NCBI GenBank assembly: GCA_963662715.1 | Contig: OY759724.1 | Coordinates: 2,266,662 to 2,330,661, forward strand | Source: Candidatus Omnitrophota bacterium | GTDB taxonomy: Bacteria; Omnitrophota; Gorgyraeia; Zapsychrales; JANLHA01 | Length of the DNA stretch: 64,000 bases | Direction of reading: 5' to 3' | Shown here: positions 58,749-64,000 of the stretch, piece by piece | Layout of the letters: each line of letters opens with the position of its first letter | Numbering within the stretch: position 1 is the first letter of the stretch | Made by a program: the position numbers and the translations under genes | Notes under the pieces: model-generated | Told to the model about the DNA's origin: nothing | What the model saw: the letters and a program-made list of their open reading frames with translations, nothing else | Database searches by the model: none

Positions 58749-59519
58749 ATGACGTCTTGTTTGCATATCCCTACGGTGGCTTCCGGGATTGTCAGTGGCT
58801 TGATTCTTCTGTTCATCGTTGTTCTCCTGTTCATCATCATATTGTTTTGTTTTTGTGTTTTTTTTGACCAGGCTGTCTTCATCCGAAAAGGGACTTTTTT
58901 CTGCGCTCCTAATCATGGAAAAAGGGTTGCTTTAACTTTTGATGACGGCCCTTCTCCGCGCTGGACTCCCCAAATATTGGATGAGTTGTCCAAAGCAGGC
59001 ATCAAGGCGACTTTTTTTATGATCGGTTATCATGTGAGCAAATATCCCGAGATCGCCCGACGAGTCGCCGAAGAGGGCCATTTAATAGGGAACCACGGCT
59101 ATGCGCATAGTGTGCTGTTTTATTATAAGCCTGCCGAAATAGAAGAGGAAATCAAATACACGGAAGAAGTGATTAGACAGGTGACAGGTCAGGTGACACG
59201 ATACTTCCGCCCGCCGAAAGCGTGGCTGAGACATTCCATTAAGGATATTATCCATTCTATGGGCTACAAGGTCGTTCTGTGGTCCTTGAATTCTAAGGAT
59301 TGGGTCACGTTTAACCACCGGTCTATCGTCCGTTTTATCGTAAGACGAATTAAGAATGGAGATGTTTTGTTGTTTCATGACAGCGGGAGCATTTTCGGGA
59401 TAGAAGGAGGAGACCGTACTCAGACCGTGGCTACAATACCATTATTGGTTCAAAAGTTAAAAGAAAAGGGGTATCAATTTGTTACCATTGACGAACTATT
59501 TTCTGATGAAGAATGCTAG
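58749..59519 (+). CDS. Polysaccharide deacetylase (NodB/CE4 domain) with an N-terminal TM anchor.
   Basis: 'RVALTFDDGPSPRWTPQILDEL...ATFFMIGYHV...EGHLIGNHGYAHS', the CE4 motifs TFDDG and H-x4-H. Start placed at the ATG at 58749 (TM segment). Confidence 0.85.
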   Translation: MTSCLHIPTVASGIVSGLILLFIVVLLFIIILFCFCVFFDQAVFIRKGTFFCAPNHGKRVALTFDDGPSPRWTPQILDELSKAGIKATFFMIGYHVSKYPEIARRVAEEGHLIGNHGYAHSVLFYYKPAEIEEEIKYTEEVIRQVTGQVTRYFRPPKAWLRHSIKDIIHSMGYKVVLWSLNSKDWVTFNHRSIVRFIVRRIKNGDVLLFHDSGSIFGIEGGDRTQTVATIPLLVQKLKEKGYQFVTIDELFSDEEC

Positions 59520-61200
59520 TCATTTCAAATTAAATGTTTTCTTGCTCGTCATTGGATATGTCTTTCTCATGATGGGGAACGGCCTGGTGCCGTTGACACA
59601 TCCGGACGAGGTTTTTTACGCCCAGACAGCCAAAGAAATGATAGCCCATGACAGTTGGTTAACTCCGAGGCTTTTTGACCAGCCGCAATTTGAAAAGCCG
59701 ATCCTCTTTTACTGGATGACGGCTGTCTTGATGAAAGGGGCCGGTTTAAATGCTTTTACAGCACGTTTTTGGCCGGCATTTTTTGGTGTCCTGGGAATGC
59801 TTGTCGTCTATTGGATGGCGTGGATGTTCTTTGAAAGAAAAGACGTCGCTTTTTTATCCGGTCTGATCCTGGGGACATCTACTCTCCATATCTCTTTGTC
59901 CAGGGCCGTATTAACAGATATGATGTTTTCGATGTGGGTCATCTTGTCTTTGCTGTCTTTTTATTTTGCTTATCGCTATCAAAAATATAAATTTTGGGGG
60001 ATCCTGAGTTGCTTTTCCTTTATGGGCTTAGCTGTCCTGACGAAAGGTTTGTTGGGGATGTGTTTCCCGGCCGGAACTATTGGCATTTTCCTTTTATTGA
60101 AAAAAGACCTGCGGTTTTTAGCTCATAAGTCTGTGGTCATTGGGTTCCTTATTTTTTGGGGGATTGCCCTCCCGTGGCATATCTTCATGACGGCCCGGTA
60201 CGGAGATTCGTTTTATCAGGAGTACATTCATAATGTGCATGTCCGGCGTTTGTTTGTCTCGGAACATGACAAATGCAATACCTGGTACTTTTATCTTTTA
60301 ACGGTTGTGGTCGGACTTTTTCCTTGGACCTTTATTTTCGTGCCGACGGCGCGTTTCCTTTCAAAAATTCGGAAAAAGACGGAAAAAGAGAAACAGTCAT
60401 TTTTATTTATTTTGTCTTGGGTGTGCGGCGTGCTTTTGTTTATTCAACCGGCTCAGTCAAAATTGGCAAGTTATGTTTTTCCGGCTTTTCCGGCCTTTGC
60501 GATATTGGCTGCCTTTTGTTTGACACTCTTTCTGGAACAAACAGGAGAGGGAGAGAGCCGGGGCGTCAAAGCTGTCCAACTGAGTATGTGCGTGTTCGGT
60601 GCGGTCCTGGCTGTGGTGAGTGTGGGGGCTATTTTTGCCAGAGCCTTTTACCGCTCTTTTGTCCCGCATCCCTTACCGGTCTACGTTATGGCTTTGCTTT
60701 TTTTATCTTTAGCTGCGGGCCTTTTCCTCTCGGCTTATCGAAAACAATTCCAAAGGATTCCGGTTCTTTTGCCCCTGTTCCCTTTATTTCTTATCTTGTC
60801 ATTCCTGATGTTTCGGCCTTTAGCCGAACCCTGGATTTCGTGCCGGAAGATTGCGGATATTTTTAACAGTATCGATCAGTCCGACACAACTGTTGTCGCC
60901 AGTAAATTCTATGTCCGCGGGATAAGATTCTTCACCGACCGGGATGTCGCGACGATTGATGTTTGGGGCAAAGGGTTTTTCAGCCCCCATCCCATTCCTT
61001 TTCTTGACACGGATAAGAAAGCCATGGATTTCTTTAAGCAGCAACCCGAGACCTACGCTATTGTTAAAGAAAATGATGTCTCAGATATCAAAAGAATCTG
61101 CCAATTAAGCGGATGTTCTGTCCGTTATATGGGGGGGCTGGGTGGCAAATATATCTTGAAGGTTCAGTCTGGAATTCCCAAGAAAGAAGTTGTAGACTAA
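59479..61200 (+). CDS. GT-C-fold glycosyltransferase of the ArnT/PMT type (GT39/GT83-like), with at least 12 TM segments.
   Basis: 'PLTHPDEVFYAQTAKEMIAHDSWLTPRLFDQPQFEKPILFYWM', the conserved first periplasmic loop of ArnT-like enzymes. Confidence 0.8.
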   Translation: MLPLTNYFLMKNASHFKLNVFLLVIGYVFLMMGNGLVPLTHPDEVFYAQTAKEMIAHDSWLTPRLFDQPQFEKPILFYWMTAVLMKGAGLNAFTARFWPAFFGVLGMLVVYWMAWMFFERKDVAFLSGLILGTSTLHISLSRAVLTDMMFSMWVILSLLSFYFAYRYQKYKFWGILSCFSFMGLAVLTKGLLGMCFPAGTIGIFLLLKKDLRFLAHKSVVIGFLIFWGIALPWHIFMTARYGDSFYQEYIHNVHVRRLFVSEHDKCNTWYFYLLTVVVGLFPWTFIFVPTARFLSKIRKKTEKEKQSFLFILSWVCGVLLFIQPAQSKLASYVFPAFPAFAILAAFCLTLFLEQTGEGESRGVKAVQLSMCVFGAVLAVVSVGAIFARAFYRSFVPHPLPVYVMALLFLSLAAGLFLSAYRKQFQRIPVLLPLFPLFLILSFLMFRPLAEPWISCRKIADIFNSIDQSDTTVVASKFYVRGIRFFTDRDVATIDVWGKGFFSPHPIPFLDTDKKAMDFFKQQPETYAIVKENDVSDIKRICQLSGCSVRYMGGLGGKYILKVQSGIPKKEVVD

Positions 61201-61254
61201 TTTCGGCTTTTGTATAATCTTATTAAGTTTTAATAACAGATCATAAGGGAGATT

Positions 61255-62244
61255 ATGACCCAGTCTAAATACCAGGAATATAAATATTTATTTGATTGTT
61301 GCCCTACGGCCATTTTAGAAGTCGATTATTTTCCGCTGATTAAATTACGTAAACAGCTGCAGGCGCAAACGGTCACGCAGATCAAACAATATTTAACCGA
61401 ACATCAAAGCCTTGTTAGAAAAGCCTTTCATAATATCAAGATTGCGGAAGCCAATGCGGCTGCACTGACGCTGTTTCATGCCAAAAGTAAGAAGGATTTA
61501 ACGCAACAGTTTATCAGGGTCTTTACGGTATATGCTTTAGATTTGCTGATTGATGAATTCGATGCTTTGTTGAAGGGAGAATTGACATTTAGAGGAGAAT
61601 TTAAATGTCAGATTGTGAAAAGGCATTATGTCGATTTATTCATGAGCCTGACGGTCCCGTTAAAGAGCCGGCGTGATTTGACGGCAGTTATTGTTTCTCT
61701 AAACGATATTTCACATTTTAAAAAAATAGAACGGCAATTGAGAAAACGGGCGCAGTTAGACGGTCTTACCAGCTTGCTTAACCACATCACTATTATGCAG
61801 AGGCTGGATCAGGAACTGATGAGGGCTAAGCGCTACGGACTCAGTTTGAGTTGTCTTATGATTGATCTTGACCATTTTAAAGTGATCAATGACCGTCTTG
61901 GGCATCCTCGCGGGGATGCCTTGTTGAAGAAAGTGGCGCATATGATCAAAAATTGTATCCGTAAATCCGACATTATCGGACGTTACGGCGGTGATGAGTT
62001 TTTAATTATTCTTCCGGAAACAACAGCCCAGAATGCCATTCATGTGGCTTCCAGAATACAGAAACTGTCTTTGTCCAGGATCATCCGGGATAAGAAAATC
62101 AGGCAATTTTATCTGTCGCTTAGTATAGGCATAGCCGGCTACCCTTCTAAAAGAATTAAGGACTGCAAGGACTTTATCGCTTTGGCTGATAAAGCCATGT
62201 ATGATGCTAAAAAGGCGGGGAGAAACCGTGTCTCTGTAGCTTAG
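61255..62244 (+). CDS. Diguanylate cyclase with an N-terminal PAS-like domain and a GGDEF domain, with the I-site present.
   Basis: 'RKSDIIGRYGGDEFLIIL' (RxxD I-site plus GGDEF) and 'LMIDLDHFKVINDRLGH'. Confidence 0.88.
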   Translation: MTQSKYQEYKYLFDCCPTAILEVDYFPLIKLRKQLQAQTVTQIKQYLTEHQSLVRKAFHNIKIAEANAAALTLFHAKSKKDLTQQFIRVFTVYALDLLIDEFDALLKGELTFRGEFKCQIVKRHYVDLFMSLTVPLKSRRDLTAVIVSLNDISHFKKIERQLRKRAQLDGLTSLLNHITIMQRLDQELMRAKRYGLSLSCLMIDLDHFKVINDRLGHPRGDALLKKVAHMIKNCIRKSDIIGRYGGDEFLIILPETTAQNAIHVASRIQKLSLSRIIRDKKIRQFYLSLSIGIAGYPSKRIKDCKDFIALADKAMYDAKKAGRNRVSVA

Positions 62245-62274
62245 AGGTTCTTCTGGATTGGAATATAATATTAT

Positions 62275-62298
62275 GCCTGTCAGGTGACAGGCTTTTTT
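62275..62298 (+). terminator. Rho-independent terminator after the GGDEF gene.
   Basis: 'gcctgtc-aggt-gacaggc' followed by 'tttttt'. Confidence 0.75.
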
Positions 62299-62302
62299 AA
62301 AT

Positions 62303-62555
62303 GAGTCCCAAACTTGCGGAGCGCCAGCGAGGCAAGTTTGCTGGAGGAATTAATCCCGCTGTCCGAGGTTGGGCGGGGAATGAGTCCCAAACTTGCGGAG
62401 CGCCAGCGAGGCAAGTTTGCTGGAGGAATTAATCCCGCTGTCTGAAGTTGGGCGGGAAATGAGTCCCAAACTTGCGGAGCGCCAGCGAGGCAAGTTTGTT
62501 GGAGGAATTAATCCCGCTGTCCGAGGTTGGGCGGGAAATGAGTCCCAAACTTAGC
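62303..62555 (+). repeat. Tandem array of 3.2 copies of a 79-bp unit. Each unit contains two hairpins.
   Basis: The unit 'gagtcccaaacttgcggagcgccagcgaggcaagtttgctggaggaattaatcccgctgtccgaggttgggcggg(g)aat' starts at 62303, 62382, 62461 and 62540 (the last truncated). Stem 1 is 'caaacttgc/gcaagtttg'; stem 2 is 'cccgc/gcggg'. Confidence 0.85.
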
Positions 62556-62591
62556 TGTAAAATAGCCTGATTTTTCGCCGGAGGTTTTTTT

Positions 62592-63467
62592 GTGGGAAAT
62601 AATACGTCCCGGACATATGTTGAGGTGTGTTTAGGTCCTTTCCCGGTGTCATCCGGTGAAGCTGAAATCATGTCGACCGTTTTGGCCCGGTACGGCATTC
62701 CTCGGGAGCAGGTTGTTGAACTTGTTACGGGGGGGCTTATGTCTTTGCTGTTTTATGTCGAAGATATGCGGGAGGCTCAGCAAATTAAATCCCGGATCAT
62801 TTCATTGAGCCTTCCCGGAGTGGACATCCGGTTGAATATTTTAGTCCCTGAAGCGTGGCAGGAGACCTGGAAGGACCAGATAAGGCCGTTTCAGCTAACG
62901 GAGCGTTTTGATGTTGTGCCTCTATGGCAGAAATCCCATTATAAGAAAGGGCGACGAATCCCTATTTATATTGATACCACACTGTCTTTCGGCACAGGCC
63001 TGCATGAAACCACGCAACTTATGGCGCTTTTGATTGAGAAATGTGAAGGGCGGTTCCGTTCTTTCCTGGATGTCGGGACCGGAACGGGAATTCTGTCCGT
63101 TATCGCTCATTACTGCGGTGCCGGAGGAATTGATTTTATTGATATCAATGAAGACTGTATTATGACGGCAAAAAATAACATGAAGCATAATCATATCGTT
63201 CATTATCAGGCCTCCGTTTGTCCGGTGGAGATGTTCTCCCCCCGTCAACAGTATGATCTTCTTGCGGCTAATTTGACGTCTAAGGATCTGGTCCGTTGCT
63301 CGTCGAAAATTGTCGGCCTGGCCCGGCAGGGAGGGTATATGGCTTTATCGGGTATAGCTTTGGAAAACCTTGCTGAAGTTAAGGGGTCTTTCAAGAGATT
63401 CTCTGTCCGGTGCGTTAGGATATTGAAGGCTGAATCCTGGGGCGCCCTGTTGTTTAGGAAAATATAG
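62592..63467 (+). CDS. prmA: Ribosomal protein L11 methyltransferase.
   Basis: 'FLDVGTGTGILSVIA' (SAM-binding) within the PrmA layout. The start codon is a GTG. Confidence 0.8.
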   Translation: MGNNTSRTYVEVCLGPFPVSSGEAEIMSTVLARYGIPREQVVELVTGGLMSLLFYVEDMREAQQIKSRIISLSLPGVDIRLNILVPEAWQETWKDQIRPFQLTERFDVVPLWQKSHYKKGRRIPIYIDTTLSFGTGLHETTQLMALLIEKCEGRFRSFLDVGTGTGILSVIAHYCGAGGIDFIDINEDCIMTAKNNMKHNHIVHYQASVCPVEMFSPRQQYDLLAANLTSKDLVRCSSKIVGLARQGGYMALSGIALENLAEVKGSFKRFSVRCVRILKAESWGALLFRKI

Positions 63468-63477
63468 GATTTCTTAT

Positions 63478-63909
63478 ATGCCGTTAAAATTTAATTTAAA
63501 AGAACAGCGAAAGGCCTTAAAGGCAAGAATGCGTTCTTTAGCTATTTTTGAAAAGGATCTGGACGAGCAATTTGTGAGATCTTCGGGGAAAGGAGGCCAG
63601 AACGTTAATAAGGTTTCAACGTGTGTTGTCCTTTATCACCGGTTGACCAGGATAAGGGTGAAATGTCAGAAGGAGAGAACCCAGGCCCTGAACCGTCTGC
63701 TTGCCCGGGAATTGTTGTGCTGTAAGGTTGAAAGGCAGATAAAGGAAAAGCGTGAGCAAGAGACGAGAGAAAAAGAGAAAGCCCTTCGGCAGAAGCGGAA
63801 GAAGCCTGCCCGGATAAAAGAAGCCATCCTGGAAGATAAACGGCGGCAGTCCCTCAAAAAACAGAACCGCCAGCGGATCAGTACGCGCAAATTTTTTCAA
63901 GAGGCATAA
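63478..63909 (+). CDS. arfB: Alternative ribosome-rescue factor ArfB-type peptidyl-tRNA hydrolase (GGQ domain plus basic tail).
   Basis: 'SSGKGGQNVNKVSTCVVLYH' and a Lys/Arg-rich C-terminal tail, at 143 aa. Confidence 0.8.
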   Translation: MPLKFNLKEQRKALKARMRSLAIFEKDLDEQFVRSSGKGGQNVNKVSTCVVLYHRLTRIRVKCQKERTQALNRLLARELLCCKVERQIKEKREQETREKEKALRQKRKKPARIKEAILEDKRRQSLKKQNRQRISTRKFFQEA

Positions 63910-64000
63910 GAATGGATCTTATGAGAAGGGGGGAGCCGTAAGTCATATCCTTTCCCCGGAAGAAGGTTTTACGTGAGGGGCCCTGGCTTGCCAAGAATAA

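Noticed and set aside
58518-58916. A 132-aa minus-strand ORF downstream of the IS element.
   Set aside because: It has a low-complexity, charged composition, is antisense to the better-supported CE4 deacetylase N-terminus, and has no start context.
62303-62555. The 79-bp direct repeats considered as a CRISPR array.
   Set aside because: The units abut one another with no intervening spacers, and no cas genes are nearby. This is a simple tandem repeat.

Overview
This 64-kb window is a gene-dense bacterial chromosomal segment of about 50% GC. Almost every gene is on the + strand. The gene content points to a strict anaerobe: an [FeFe]-hydrogenase, folate-C1 genes and a run of glycolytic enzymes.

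Positions 1-7.1 kb hold a HydC-HydB-HydA trimeric [FeFe]-hydrogenase locus with the maturase HydE. It is wired to a Cache-type sensor histidine kinase (partial at the window edge) through an unusual receiver-domain fusion on HydC. A second stand-alone receiver sits between hydA and hydE.

Positions 7.3-24 kb carry housekeeping genes in order: rplS, rnhB, yraN, an FchA-like cyclodeaminase, folD, an oxidoreductase, a TPR protein, polA, coaE, rho, rpmE, prfA, prmC, murA, then trpG-trpD-trpC-trpF.

A roughly 7.6-kb accessory-looking block separates trpF from trpB-trpA. It contains a minus-strand FIST-sensor operon, a GT-C membrane glycosyltransferase, a candidate structured sRNA with an intrinsic terminator, and a translationally coupled operon of a Zn-ribbon protein, an M20 peptidase, a DUF3108-like protein, a TolB-like beta-propeller protein and a hypothetical protein.

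Positions 33.7-48.2 kb return to housekeeping: M16 peptidase, rsfS, argS, recJ, rpmB, pepF, a Nudix hydrolase, fba, a DRE-TIM aldolase, eda and gpmI.

The most striking feature is a 9.2-kb gene (48646-57864) for a 3,072-aa protein. It has an N-terminal signal anchor and about 24 nearly identical 267-bp (89-aa) tandem repeats, with degenerate copies on both sides.

Downstream of it lie an IS200-type Y1 transposase bracketed by identical palindromes, an envelope-modification set (polysaccharide deacetylase, ArnT-like glycosyltransferase, GGDEF cyclase), a 79-bp palindromic tandem-repeat array, prmA and arfB.

No rRNA or tRNA genes and no CRISPR array were recognised. All calls come from reading motifs in the six-frame ORF track and the raw sequence; no database searches were possible.
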